A stretch of 44,934 nt of DNA from Octopus bimaculoides (GCF_001194135.2 NC_068983.1:75033436-75078369); one strand, 5' to 3'; positions 1-13,123 are shown, counted from the first letter of the stretch. Translations and numbers: made by a program. The notes: generated by a model from the sequence alone, not told the origin.

Positions 1-1856
1 TCTCTCTCTCTCTCCATTTACGCATTTACACATACACACATACATACATATATACATATATATGTGTGTGTGTGTGTGTGTGTATACATATATAAATAAA
101 TATGGATGCATATATACATGCATACATACATCTGTGCTAAAAGAGAAGTGTATACATAGATAGATAGACAGATAGATCGATAGATAGATATATAGATAGA
201 TAAATAAATGTGTGTACGTGTGTGTGTGCATGTGTGTGCATGTGTGTGCATGTGTGTGCATGTGTGTGTGTATTTGCATCTGTGAGTGCATTTTCTTTAT
301 AATATTACAAAATATTTCGTTTTGTCATGGAAAGTAAATAATACAACACGTTAGCATACAAAAATTAAGAAATACACAAATATATACACTGCACAGTCAA
401 ACAGATACGTACATACATATCAGAAACAATGGTATATCTCTCTCTTTCTCTTTCTCTCTCTTTCCCTCTCGCTCTCTCTCTCTCTCTCTGTGCCTCTTTC
501 TCCCCCCCCTCTCTCTCTCTCTCTCTCTCTTACATACACTGAACTTATTATTTCTCTCTTTCGCAGCTTTTGATAAATTTCTATAATATACTCCATTTTA
601 AATAGCCTCAAGGCTAAATCACAATTTGATATATTTGTATCTTTTCATACGTATCTCTTCCCATACAAGCTTATAGATGTTTGTGCGCCTATATTTATGC
701 AAGGAGAGCATGTGTGTCAATGTATAATATATAAATAGCATGCGTGTGTGCACATTTTTGAATGCATTTGGAAGCGTTTTCTCGTGTCGCTGTATATGAG
801 TGAGTCATACTTCATATTAGTGAGCGTGAATATGCTATTCTACGTATATTTCGTAAAAGCAGTTTCAGCAAAGACTCACTAATTACATCCGTTTCCAACA
901 ATCGATACACACGATTAAATATAAGCCATCTTTAAACTAACAACAGTAACACGAGACGAGAGTAGAGAACATATAGCATGAAATAATCTGTAATTTGGTG
1001 TTAAATTTGGATCAGTCGAAAGATTGTATGATTTAAAAAAATATTGACTCGAAATTTTCTTTGTTTAGTATGTTGCGAAAGATGAAAGTTCTTTAATGTT
1101 TGGTGATAGAATTCCCAACAAAAGGAAATATAATATTAGTTTGCTGGTATATATGTCTATGCATCTTGTTTATTTAATCTTCCTTTATGCCATTTATCAA
1201 GAGATTTCAAACACGAGACATCATTTGTTGTTGCTGTCTTTGTTATTACTTGACCCCAGATCAGCCCTGATCGAGCTAAAATTTTACGAAAACGCATTCT
1301 AGGAAGGCGGGAAGGAATGAAGGAGGGGAGGCAAGAAGAAAAGAAGGAAGGAAGGGCACACGACCTTCTACAAAACCTCTGAGATGAGTGGGAAGAAAAA
1401 GGGGAATGAGAAAGGGATTCTGAAAGCAAAGACCTAACTCGAATTCTTGAAACATTGTCGACTCAAACAAAGGTAAGCAAGAAGCCGGAGCATATTATAT
1501 TGAGTGATTCATTAAATCTACCACCAAAATTAACCATGGACAGATTTGAATTCAGATAGCAAAGAACTGGAAGAAATACCGTGAGGTATACAATATTACG
1601 TTTCTTATAGTTTTGACAACCTATCTTCCAGGACTAATCCATTTGTTATTGATCCCCAAGATGATGATTTACAAAATTTAATTTGGTGGGATTTGAACTC
1701 AGATTGTAGAAAGTTACAAGACATTGAATATATATATATATATATATATANNNNNNNNNNNNNNNNNNNNNNNNNNNNNNNNNNNNNATATATATACAGG
1801 ATCGTTTGTAGAATACATAAATCCGAAAGAAGCACACTCTAAGATGTAGAGCAGTA

Positions 1857-2035
1857 TATATTAGAAATGGGGAAGGCCGGTTTGTGGGATGACCTTATGT
1901 TTCCGTCCTAAAGGGTTAAGCTATATAGCGTATCGTCAGATTTGGGGGATCCGACGATACCCCATAAAGCTAATCCCTTTATGAACGGGAGACCTAAGGT
2001 AATCTCATAAACCGGCCTTCCCCATTTTTAATATA
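1857..2035. mobile_element. ~180-bp fold-back element (MITE-like)
   Basis: Left end TATATTAGAAATGGGGAAGGCCGGTTT is the reverse complement of right end AAACCGGCCTTCCCCATTTTTAATATA. Imperfect self-complementarity continues to the centre (CGTATCGTCAGAT / ATCCGACGATAC). Flanked by TA-rich sequence. Confidence 0.75.
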
Positions 2036-3268
2036 TATATATATATATGAGCGTGAGTGTATATCAAGAGAGAGTGAGAGACAGAGAGGGTGGTGTACAA
2101 TTAAATTTAACATGCTCTTGTCCACTTAATCACTAAAAAGACCGCTGCGGATATTGTCATCAGATTATGACTGGTGTCATTGGACTGTAAGGACACGTGA
2201 TTCTGCATCAGCTATGAACTACGGTTCTATATTAAAACAACAAATATAAAATTTATTGATATACGCTACGTTTTGTCCAGCAAGAAGTCATTAATTAGAG
2301 GCACGCTAGGCAGCAATAATTAGAATATAGATATGTACACATATATGTCCGTATACACTCGAACGTGGAAAGGCTTCCGCCGCGGATACTGTCTCAGAGT
2401 AGAATTCTCTTTACTAACAATATGTGTCAAAACACATCACTGGTCTATGAATGACATAATTGGACCGTTGCTGACCAGTCCGTATCGGTGCTCATAACTG
2501 ATAAAGCATAACACCACAGAAACACACCTATTCTACAGTCCAATGACGTCATTTGAAACCCAGTGGTGTGTTTTCACGCGCAATGAATATATAAGGCAAA
2601 TTTCTCTCCCGATACTGCCCTGTGGATTAAATAAGGTTCCAAATTCCAAGAACATTCTTACTAAATACGATAAGCATTTAAGGAAGATCTTGGGATACAA
2701 CGGCCGAAACTTTGGGACTACAGTCTCACACTAGTTTGAAAATATCATTACATATTGATGATAATTCTCATCTCAAAATTTCAGACAAAATCATTCATTC
2801 ACACCAGAATGGCCTGCTGCTAACAACACTTTCTCTCGATCTTTGGATTAGATTATTTTCTGTTATATTTGATAAGAGGAATATTATAGAAGTATTAAAC
2901 AATCTCTGTAAGGTAATACAATATCTTTTCTGTTTGTTTCTATTTATTAACAACATGTATATTTTACCAAACTTCTCACCTGCACTGCTGAAAGCTTTTT
3001 TAAACATTTATGTAATTTATATCTCTATTGTATTATTTTATTCCTATACCAAGCGAATATCATAAATACATAAATTTTAACTAATATTGACTGTTTGGCT
3101 TCTGGTATTTTATGGATTTTACTATTCTTAACCTGTTTAAGTTGTAAAAGCAAATTTTTTAGTTGATTTCTGTTATATTATAGATTTTATCCTCGTTCTC
3201 TGTAAAATTGACAAAGAATTATCAGCAATATAATATAAATGAAAATATGTTTATTTTCATGAGTAAAT

Positions 3269-3662
3269 AGGTGCAGGCGTGGCTGTATGGTAAGAAGCTT
3301 TCTTATCAGTCACATGTTTCCAGGTTCAGTTCCACTACGTCGCACCTTGGGCAAGTGTCTACCACTATAGCCTCAAACCAACCAAAGCCTTGTGGATGGA
3401 TTTGGTAAACGGAAACTAAAAAGTGCGCCTCGTAGATAGGTAGATATGTGTATTTCTTTGTGTCTGTGTTTGTCCTCCCACACCGCTTGACAACCGGTCT
3501 TGATGTGGTTACGTCCCCATAACTTAGCGGTTCGGCAAAAGACTTCGATAGAATAAATACCAGGCTTAAAAAATGAGCAATGGGGTCGATTGATTCAACT
3601 AAAAATTCCTCAATGCGGTGCTTCAGAATGGTCGCATTCTAATAACTTAAACAAGTAAAAGG
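3269..3662 (+). mobile_element. tRNA-derived SINE (family B)
   Basis: tRNA-like head (GGCGTGGCTGTATGGTAAG...GGTTCAGTTCC), a CCTTGGGCAAGTG core and an internal short TG/TA linker. A homologous copy lies on the - strand at 21890-22570. Confidence 0.75.
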
Positions 3663-4579
3663 TAAAAGAAGTCGAAAGTGTTGAAGCCAAAGTGGGTTGG
3701 TTGGGTCTTTTTAGCTTCATGATCGTCATGTTAGCGCCTATTTATTTGTCACCTTTTAAATACAACTCCTGCCCACTTTGCACCACATACTTCATTGCAA
3801 CTCTAGCCTTTAACGAAATATTACCACGCCTATGGCTTCGTCATGTCACTCCATTTGTCTGGTTTTTCTAAGCTTTAGTTATTTACCTGTTATTTTTTCT
3901 AAATTTACTGCTCTATACGGCTGTAAATTTCAATATATCTAACTAGTCATTACCTTGTCCTTCCTTGAATGATTTATTATTTTTGTATACTTTCTCAGTC
4001 TATGCTATCTTGGCTTAATTATTCACCTCTGTTCTTTTATTGCTTCCTCTCATTTTTAATAAGTCGAGTCTTTGTGTTCACCACTTATTAAAATTTAAAA
4101 CTATATATTGACGTATCAATCGTTAATGTCAGCCTCATAACAAGGAATAGATCTTTTTTTTAACTAATAACCAGTACTGATAAAACAAATAAAAAGTTAT
4201 TGAGTCGGATACAATTACGGAAATATGGGTTAAAATATTGTCAAATACGTCACCAGCAGTTCTACCAAAGATTTTTCGCCACTTGAACTCCTCTAACTGG
4301 CATGATACCAGTCTGGAGTGAATGCTACAATTTGACTGTTTTGCGGGGTGGGGTTGGGGTGGGATGGGGGATCAACAATTCTTCCACATATATTCGATAA
4401 TTTATGTGCACCTGAGACAGAACCTACAATGTTTGTATTTAAAGAACGAAAATATTTGATGATGAAAGTAAATCGATTGAATCTGCACTGTGCTGTAGTG
4501 TAGTGTTGCGTGAGTAGTGGTGGAGGGTATTGGGTATTGTGGTTCTGTTATTTACTATGCATATTTTCTGTTTAATAAT

Positions 4580-4840
4580 ATTGGTATTGTCTCATTTGTA
4601 AGAACAGACTCACGTATCTGTCGTAACGATGAGCCTCTCGGATGTTTTGACAAGATTTCGATTCTAATTTGATTCAGCCTGCCGCTATGTTGATCTTTGT
4701 CATGTTAGTAGAGTATCGACGACTGTTTTCTGTCATTATACTCCCGCCAGTGTCATTTAGCCTCTCTACTAAACTCCCAGAAGTCTCCCCCAATATATAC
4801 CGTATTCCGGTTCCTACAATCACTCTTCATGCTTTTTATT
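4580..4840 (-). mobile_element. Penelope-like GIY-YIG endonuclease remnant
   Basis: Minus-strand translation across frameshifts and a stop gives TVYIG/ETSGSLVERLN/HWREYNDRKQSSILY*H...IEILSKHP...LRQIRESV. This fits the YIG-x-R-x-H...E layout of PLE endonucleases. Confidence 0.65.
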
Positions 4841-5110
4841 CGATATACTTACTAGATTCCTGGCCTTACATTTAACATTGGGATTAAAAGTAGCCCTTGA
4901 ATAGTAAGATTATGTCATTGATGAAGTCGCGAATAGCGACGAAAGAACTCTGATAGAGAAAACTGACGACTGATTGATTGTTCAAAAGAACACATTAAAC
5001 AAACAATTGATTAGTTGAATGGTGAAATAAAGAAATTAAGAAGTGGTATTGAACAACTGCGTGTGTTTATTCTATTTTTTTTTTACATAATGACCCTCCC
5101 TTGACACTAC

Positions 5111-5177
<67 letters not shown>

Positions 5178-5279
5178 GATCTGTATTTCTCTTTCAGTAA
5201 GATTTTTATAGTTGATATATAATCAGTATATTATTTTTATACATTTTGATCCATAATTGCATAAATAAAACGACTGCTT

Positions 5280-6800
5280 TGCTTGATGCTTGAGGAGTTT
5301 GAAGATAAATATTTGTTTATTAGTTTTAAACTAAACTATGTTTACATGACATACCATAGTACTGAAGTGCCTTTCTGAGAAATATCATACAGAGCACAAT
5401 TCATCAACTGTCACAAAGATTACAATGTTAATTATTATGCCAAAGGTGCCTTAAGAAAGGCTAAAGTAAGACACTTGATAAATGACTTGGATGATGGGCA
5501 AAAGGAAACTTTAACAAAATTCATTTTCCAGTTAATTGCATCTGCAACAACATATTTCACTGTCGCAAAAAAAAAATGCTTGCCAAGCATTAAAACCTTT
5601 CGATAATGAAGAACAGTGACAGCATTCATGGTTGAGGCTCACGCAGTTTTGTTAAAGATTTAACAAATAAAGCAGAGATTATTGTTGTAATAAAATATAT
5701 GCCACTTTCAAGAACAGAAATTATATGATAAAATATATCCCACTTTCAAAGAATAGAAATTATATCACAAAATGTGCAGAACATTTTTTTTTCTTTTTTA
5801 AATTCAGAATGTGTTTTGAAAGCATTTTATGTCCAAACCGTGTATTAAAACCAATATTGTTATATTTGGTAAGAGCCATAATTGGTAAAGTTCATAATTG
5901 CTTTCACCGGATATTACTTTTGTGTATTTCACTTATCTTTTATAAAACAGTGGATGTTTATGTTACTAAAACTATTTTTTTTCTAAATCAACCAGTAAGT
6001 TGTTCAATTGGTATACATTTGTTCTTTCAAATGGTTGATTTTCAGTATACAACAGATTTTATTTATTGCTTAAAAGAAAAAGAAGTGAAATATAGACAAG
6101 CAACAAGTGTGCTTATAGGCTTTGTCAACCCTTCCAAAATATAACAAAAATTTACAAGTTGGTTTACAAAAATCCAGAGTTTTTTCACTTAGTAGTTTGA
6201 TGAGTCAACTGATATTTTTGACGTTTTACAACTGGAGGGTTTTATACATATGATTTCTTCATGCAACTTCATTAATAACGAACATTTTAACTTTAATTCC
6301 TTTAAAAGCAAAACGCATAGTAATGATATATATCACGTTTCAAAAATTTTATCCCTGGAAGTGATGTAACTTTTCAAAAATTAGTTTGACTTGTAACAGA
6401 TGATACTTCAAGAAAATAAGAAAATATGTGTTTTTTGTTTATCTTCATTATAAGGAACGAGACGCTACCATTCTTCATAAATTATCAATGCATCATTCAA
6501 CAAGTTCTATGCACCAAAAATATGAAATATGAGTTCATAATGAAGGTCATTACTAAATACTTAAACAAACTCCGTTCGGGTTATATTTTTGAAACACAAG
6601 TTGGAGAGTATTGTGATTTCATTTTACGCACAGTTGCTTGTTGGTAAAATAAAAGCAAATAAATATGAAAAACTAAATCCCAAAGTCACAGGTCTTTTAC
6701 AAGAATGGCTGAATTATGGAAAGAATTAAATGATCCACACTGGTTAGTTGATTTATCATTTTTAACGATATCACATGATTAATATTTATTGCCAAACTAA
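5280..6800 (+). mobile_element. Decayed hAT transposase (Charlie/Buster/GTF2IRD2-like)
   Basis: Colinear degenerate motifs: EFEDKYLF, KPFDNEE, AFMVEAHAVL, NKAEIIVVIKYMPLSR, FDESTDIFDVLQL (DESTD catalytic motif), LVTD, YQCIIQQVLC (HCxxH-like), ELNDPHWLVDLSFLT. Many stops and frameshifts, a ~38-bp tandem duplication at 5690-5766, and unexplained sequence at ~5770-6130. Confidence 0.8.
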
Positions 6801-6879
6801 CGTGGCAGTCCATAGAAATAGGACGAATGCTGTTGTTGATTAGCTCCGAGAGACGATAGCCTCTAGCTAGCTATATGAC

Positions 6880-7775
6880 GCACGAACCTGCGTCCATAAT
6901 GGACAGGCGGTAGGTGATTACAGATGCTATAAACACCTGAACCACCTCCGCTCTGCCCGCCACCGCTCGTATCCTCCGAGAGCAACTTCTACACGAGGTA
7001 GTTGTGCTTCGTTAGACACGATGAGGGTGACGTCATCCGCATAAGCAGAAGTAAACTTACCGCATCCGATCTCATTTGGGTTGTCACCTACCTTCTCCAG
7101 CCTCCGCAGTAATGGCTCCAGGGCCAAAATATACAGAATCGGGGACAAGGGACACTCTTGACGAACTGACCTGACCGCCTGATCAAAAACGGCTCCGTTA
7201 GGTAACCGTTTATCTGGACGGTGGACTTGATGCTGCTATACATAGTGGAGATCCAGCTGCGAAAGCCAGGGCTCAGCCCAGCCGCTTCGAGGACAGCTCC
7301 TAATACCGATAGTCTACCCTATCGAATGCTTTACTTTGGTCTAAATGGACCAATGCCCCTCCTTTGCCGGTTATTTTCCCTACCCTATCTAAGGTGTAGC
7401 GGAGAAGGTGAAGATTGTCCTGGATTGACCTACCTGGGATTGCACAAGTCTGTGCCTTCTCAACAAGCTTCTCCACGACAGCCGTCAACCTTTTTGCTAA
7501 CACCTTGGCCAAAAATCTTTAACTCTACGTCAAGTAGAGTTATGGACCTGTAGTTACTAATGTTATCCCCCTTGCTTGGGTCCTTCTGGATCAGTGTCAC
7601 AACTCCCCGGCTTTCAGAACTGGAAATTCTCCCATTCTGCTGCCAGTTTGCATAGACGCCGGCCAGAACCTCCCCAAACAAGTCCGGCATTAAACAGTAA
7701 AACTCGTAGGGCAGACCATCCAGTTCCGGAGACTTTTCCCCAGCGCACTCGGCCAGTGAAATGGCTTGAGAATAA
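6880..7775 (-). mobile_element. Tx1/L1-clade LINE reverse transcriptase fragment
   Basis: ORFs 7460-7792, 7300-7512 and 6927-7148 (-) contain KSPELDGLPYEFY, NYRSITLLDVELKI, QTCAIPGRSIQDNLHL, LDQSKAFDRVD, SPILYILALEPLL and YADD. The fragment is frameshifted and internally deleted. Confidence 0.9.
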
Positions 7776-7933
7776 AAGATATATATATACATTCAATTAG
7801 AGGTTAAAATAGCCTTATTAAGGGATAGTAATATCCAATGAATTACTGGTTCATTAACTAATATATTTTTGTTATATTCCCATCGCATCCATAAAATAAT
7901 AGGTCTAAATATAAATCTTGTTTTATAAATATT

Positions 7934-8506
7934 CAAAAGAAAATATAGAAAATGGAGATATAGCATTCATACAATTTATTATATGCAAAAATCCAACATA
8001 TTCTCTAACAGTTGTTTCAATTAAGCGTAAAAGATTAAAATAGCAATTATTTAATCATTATATTAGGCAAAAATCTCATAAGAAGAGTAGAAAAGATATA
8101 CCGTTAGGTGTTAAGTGTTGTGTTTTCGAATCATCTCAGCAGGCTGAATATTATTTTATGGCTAATATTGGTATAAACCTGGGCCAGGGAGTCATAGGTT
8201 GTTTTAGTGGGTAATTGTCCATTATTCATTATTCGCTAAAACAACCTATGACCCCCTGGCCCAGGTTTATACCAATATTATTCATAACATAATATTCAAC
8301 TTGCTGAGATGATTCGAAAACACAACACCTAATAACCTAACAGTATAGCTTTTTCTACCCTTCTGATGAGATTTTAACTAATATAATGATTTAATAATTG
8401 CTATTTTAATCTTTGAGGCTTAATTGAAACAGTTGTAAGAGATTATGTATTTTTACAGATAATAAATTATATTAATGCTATATCCCCATTTTCTTAATTT
8501 TGTTTT

Positions 8507-8507
<1 letters not shown>
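7934..8507. mobile_element. ~570-bp fold-back element (MITE-like)
   Basis: Two arms of ~280 bp are imperfect reverse complements, e.g. AATATTGGTATAAACCTGGGCCAGGG / CCCTGGCCCAGGTTTATACCAATATT and GTGTTGTGTTTTCGAATCATCTCAGCA / TGCTGAGATGATTCGAAAACACAACAC. The centre is near 8220. Confidence 0.85.
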
Positions 8508-8561
<54 letters not shown>

Positions 8562-9399
8562 ACCATTATACATATATGTAAATTCATGGAATATTTACAT
8601 ATTCCAATACTTACATAATTTGTATGTAGCAAAAATAATCATTACACTTTAACCTCTTTCTTATATACCATAATAGTATATCTGTAAACTTGAATATAGT
8701 AATTTTTATGGAACACTTTCTTAAGTTTGACACAATAGAATATTCTCGTTATATTTCCATCGTATTTATTTCTATTAGAAAAGTATGTATGCTTTGAGAA
8801 AAGGATAGTAACGTTTCGGATATTAGCATTCATCAATATATTTTTGCCAATGCAATCTACCACTAGTTTCTTGAACACTTATTTGAAAAAATCAGTTGTG
8901 TGTGTAAGTGTGTGCGTAGGTGTGTCTACATGTGTGTGCGTGTGTGTGTATGTGTGTGTGTATGCGCATGCATGTGTTTCCTGTGCATACACTTATGTGT
9001 ACTTGTGCGCTTGTTTGGGAGTAACAAACAACAACGTGGTTAGACAACAGTAGAAAAGACTCTAGAGAGAGTGGTATACTGTATAAGAGTGTATATGTAT
9101 ATATGCTTGTCTGTGTGAGTATGTATGTATTTAATTATATATATGCGTGCGTGCTTTGTGCGTGTGTGCTATGTATTATACAAATCGATTTATTGCCTGC
9201 AGAAAAGTTGCAGTAACGAAGAATTGATTTGAAGTGACTTTTAAGAAGAAGGATATCTACCTAGGTTCCATTCATGTGTACGTTTGTGTCTCCGTATATG
9301 TGTGCGCGCGTACAATAGAGTTTACTGTGTGTGCTAGAGTATAGAATACGTAGTTATGCTGGTAAGTATGAATGTCTTGTTTGTATCAGTATGTATGCA

Positions 9400-9690
<291 letters not shown>

Positions 9691-10349
9691 AGACACATAC
9701 ATAAGTATACATAGACATACATACACAGATAGGTACACCTAGATATATGTGTGTTTAAAGAATGATAACATGTTCTGTTGTGTGGACGAGCTGGTGCGTG
9801 GGCGTGTGTATATGTGTGTATGTGCGTGTGTGTGTGTGCGTGCGTATGTGTTTGTACCTATGTTGTTAAGATTATTTTTATGTACATATAAACACCTGTT
9901 TGTGTTCCCCAGTTGCTTACTACCACCTGGCTCTTGCATGTTGTGAACGAAATCAGATCTAATGCGATCTTTCGAGAGAGGTTTCCGGTCTTAAGATAAC
10001 CACACCCTTCCTCATAACCGGTCACGAAATCCCAGAAAAGTGTAATGGACGCTATCTCTTCCTCTCTGTCTAAACCAGTAAAAAAAATTGTACGTGTAAT
10101 GTCACGTTACGGGTTTGTTTTCAGTCGTGTCTGTGTGCGTGTGAAGGCAGTAATGAATGCATTAATGTAGTAATATACTTGCTTGTTAGGTTTATTTATA
10201 ATCATGTCTCCGCATGTGTGTATGCATACATTTAGGAGTTATGCTTGTAAAAAAATGTGTCTGTGTTTATGTCTATATTGTGTGTGTGTGTGTATATATG
10301 TGTGTATGCGTGTGCGTGCGTGTGTGTATACATACATAATATATATATG

Positions 10350-10439
<90 letters not shown>

Positions 10440-10533
10440 TCAAATCGAGTAAGCGAACATTAAAAGTCACAATAACAACTACAAGAGGACGTGCACATGG
10501 AATGTATGAGTTTGGTGCTCGATAAAAAAGAGA

Positions 10534-10560
10534 GACGTTTCGAGCATAGCTTTTCGTCGG
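10534..10560 (-). ncRNA. Degenerate minimal hammerhead-ribozyme-like motif
   Basis: The minus strand reads CCGACGA-AAAGC-TAT-GCTC-GAAAC-GTC, against the consensus CTGANGA-stemII-GAAA-stemIII-NUH. Stem I is not evident. Confidence 0.35.
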
Positions 10561-10650
10561 AAGGGAAATAGAAAAGGGAAAAGTCCAAAGGAGAGAAAAA
10601 AATCACCAGCAACATGCGTATAGTTACATTGTTATATATATATGTGTGTG

Positions 10651-10930
10651 CATGACTTAGTGGTTAGGGCACTGCACTCACGATTGCTAGGTCGTGGTTT
10701 CAATTCCTAGAGCGAGTGATGCGATGTTGTTTTCAGCATAACATTTCGTCTCACGTTGATTTGTGATGGTACACGTGGTACACTGTGCACCTGTTCAGAA
10801 AACATCGATTTGATGGAGAGAGTGAGCTAATGTGCAGCACGAGCCTTTGATCACTATAGACAAATCATTTGTGCAGGTCGTTCGGCAAAAGCTGAATGCT
10901 CATATGTCGTCTTCGACAGGAGAGTCCATC
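10651..10930 (+). mobile_element. tRNA-derived SINE (family D)
   Basis: Head GACTTAGTGGTTAGGGCACTGCACTCACGATTGCTAGGTCGTGGTTTCAATTCC has A-box- and B-box-like motifs and is followed by a non-tRNA body. Confidence 0.6.
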
Positions 10931-11064
10931 ATATATATATGAGCAAAGAGAGACAGAGACGGGTAGAAACAAGGAAAATGCCCTTTGTATTTGAATACTA
11001 TGCAAATATTCTTTTAAAAAGCTTTTCTTTTAATTTTTTCCCAAATTTATTGGTTTTCCATACT

Positions 11065-11104
11065 TACAGTTGAAAACGTCTCAATAACTGAAACCGGTAC
11101 TGAG
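11065..11104 (+). ncRNA. Degenerate minimal hammerhead-ribozyme-like motif
   Basis: TACAG-TTGAAAA-CGTCTCAATAACT-GAAAC-CG-GTA-CTGAG: palindromic stem III (ACCGGT), GTA triplet and CAG/CTG stem I. The core differs from CTGAAGA at two positions. Confidence 0.35.
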
Positions 11105-11834
11105 ATGTTTTTTATAAAATTATTTCAGCATTTTCTACCTTGACATTTTTTCCTATATATCAACTCGTGTGTTCCTTTTCCGCTATGTGCGCATCAGAAT
11201 ATAGCATTCTCTGTTTATGTACTTATTGCTGCTAGAGCATATAGAATATATTTTTATATATATTCTAAGCTACCTGTTGCATTCCTGATTGGATACCTAA
11301 GAAATAGGCCATTGATAAAGATGCTGTTTGTGGTCCTTCGTTTTAGAAACGGCTAAAAACATTTATCTTAGTCAAACTCCACTCTTATAACCACCAGTAA
11401 TATTTTTTTAATGTATTTTTAGGTCATCCAAAAAAGAAGCTATGTGCCATGTTTGTGTGTCCTCCTCAGAACCTATTATATAAGCGTAAGGTTTCCTCAG
11501 TAATAAGGATAAAGATTTCACTGCAAGAATTTACATTATAGAAATGATGTCTCCTTGAAATTATCCTATCAGAAGCCTATCGGGATCTCCTGTATTGAAC
11601 TTCAGGATTGTAGCCCAGGACAATGTCACGTTTTCGGTGAAAGTTTAGCAAGTTGAAGGGCTTGTAATTCTTAGTAGGGATAGGAATTTTTCCGAGTCCA
11701 TGATTGTTTAGATTTTGTTTACTTGTTTAGTATATGCAAAATATTAGTCAACAATTGTAGAAAAGGAATATAAATAGTTGTTTATTTGTCAAAAGGAAGC
11801 GACTAACCTCTTTTGTAATATTTTTTAAATTCTA

Positions 11835-12055
11835 AGGCGGTGAGTTGGCAGAACCGTTAGCACGCCGGGCGAAATGCTTAACGGTATTTCGTCCGTCTTT
11901 ACTTACGTTCTGAGTTTGAATTCTGCCGAGGTCGACTTTGCCTTTCATCCTTTTGGGGTCGATAAATTAAGTACCAGTTGTGTACTGGGGTCAATCTAAT
12001 CGACTGGCCCCCACCTCCCCCAAAATGTCAGGCCTTGTGTCTAGAGTAGAAAAGA
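11835..12055 (+). mobile_element. tRNA-derived SINE (family A)
   Basis: Head GGCGGTGAGTTGGCAGAACCGTTAGCACGCCGGGCG and central block GCCTTTCATCCTTTTGGGGTCGATAAATTAAGTACCAG. More than 10 copies in the window. From memory the central block resembles the Deu/Nin-type conserved SINE domain (unverified). Confidence 0.85.
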
Positions 12056-12440
12056 ATATTTTTTTTAAAATTCTGCTGACTCATTACCAATTTGGTATTA
12101 TAATTACAAAGGGATTTTTAAAATTTAAAAAATTACTTTTACTTAATTTCATTATGAATACATTTCAATTGTTTACATTCTTTGCTTTCCCAGCATATAA
12201 TATACTTATTATCGTAACTGGTCTGTTGTCACAAGCGGTATCATACATACTGTATGCCTCTCTGTTCTAGAAATATATTCGTTTATTGTTTTACATTTAA
12301 TTTCACACTTTTCTCACTCTGTGGAATAAAAACCTAATCAACAACTTTCTTATATACAACAAATATCACTTGCTAGCATAATTGTTTCGTCGTGAAATAG
12401 TTTAGAGATTAAAACTCTAAGTGCATATATTTGTTTCCTT

Positions 12441-12642
12441 CACACAAAGCTTGAAATTTGCAGGGAAGGGAAATCGTTTATTATATCGATTCTAGCATTT
12501 AACTGATACTTTATTTTATCGGCCTCGGTGGAATGAACGATAACGCTGATCTCAGTGCAATTTGAACTTGCAGCATAAAGAGCCAGAATGAAAATCGCAA
12601 GGTATATTGTCCGACGCTCTGACGATTCTGCCATTTCATTAC
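12441..12642 (-). mobile_element. SINE family A, diverged copy
   Basis: Reverse complement of the family A head and central block (TTTTATCGGCCTCGGTGGAATG...GACGATTCTGCCA). Confidence 0.7.
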
Positions 12643-13028
12643 TCTTTAAATATATATGATAGTGTTTCATGAAAAAAAACTAGATCACCTGAGGTTATCT
12701 AAGCAATCAGTAAATCAAAACTCCCTACAGTCTTTAAAATCTCAACAAACAGGAACAGTGTATAAATTCAATAAGACCATTTGGTCGAAATTTTTTAACT
12801 AATATAAATTGGAATGAAACTGGTCTTTCAGTTCAACTGGCTGGAAGCTTTGACACGTTTGGGTTTTATTTAACCTTCTCGGCAAAATATATCCCCCTCA
12901 ATAAACAGGATAGAGTGATGCTCGATCAATGCGTGTATGTATGTGTGTGTGCTTGTGTGTGTGTGTATGCATGTATGTATGTATGTATACATGCACATAT
13001 ACGTATATATAAATTGGTGCTTATATTA

Positions 13029-13123
<95 letters not shown>

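Noticed and set aside
2120-3250. Short direct and inverted matches (GTCATTGGACTGTA / TACAGTCCAATGAC) and a possible decayed Penelope RT on the minus strand
   Set aside because: Too degenerate to assign by eye; no catalytic motif could be read with confidence.
11423-11485. 63-nt segment with a good acceptor and a GTAAGG donor
   Set aside because: No frame resembles any part of a Cys-loop receptor, and it lies in probable repeat-derived sequence.
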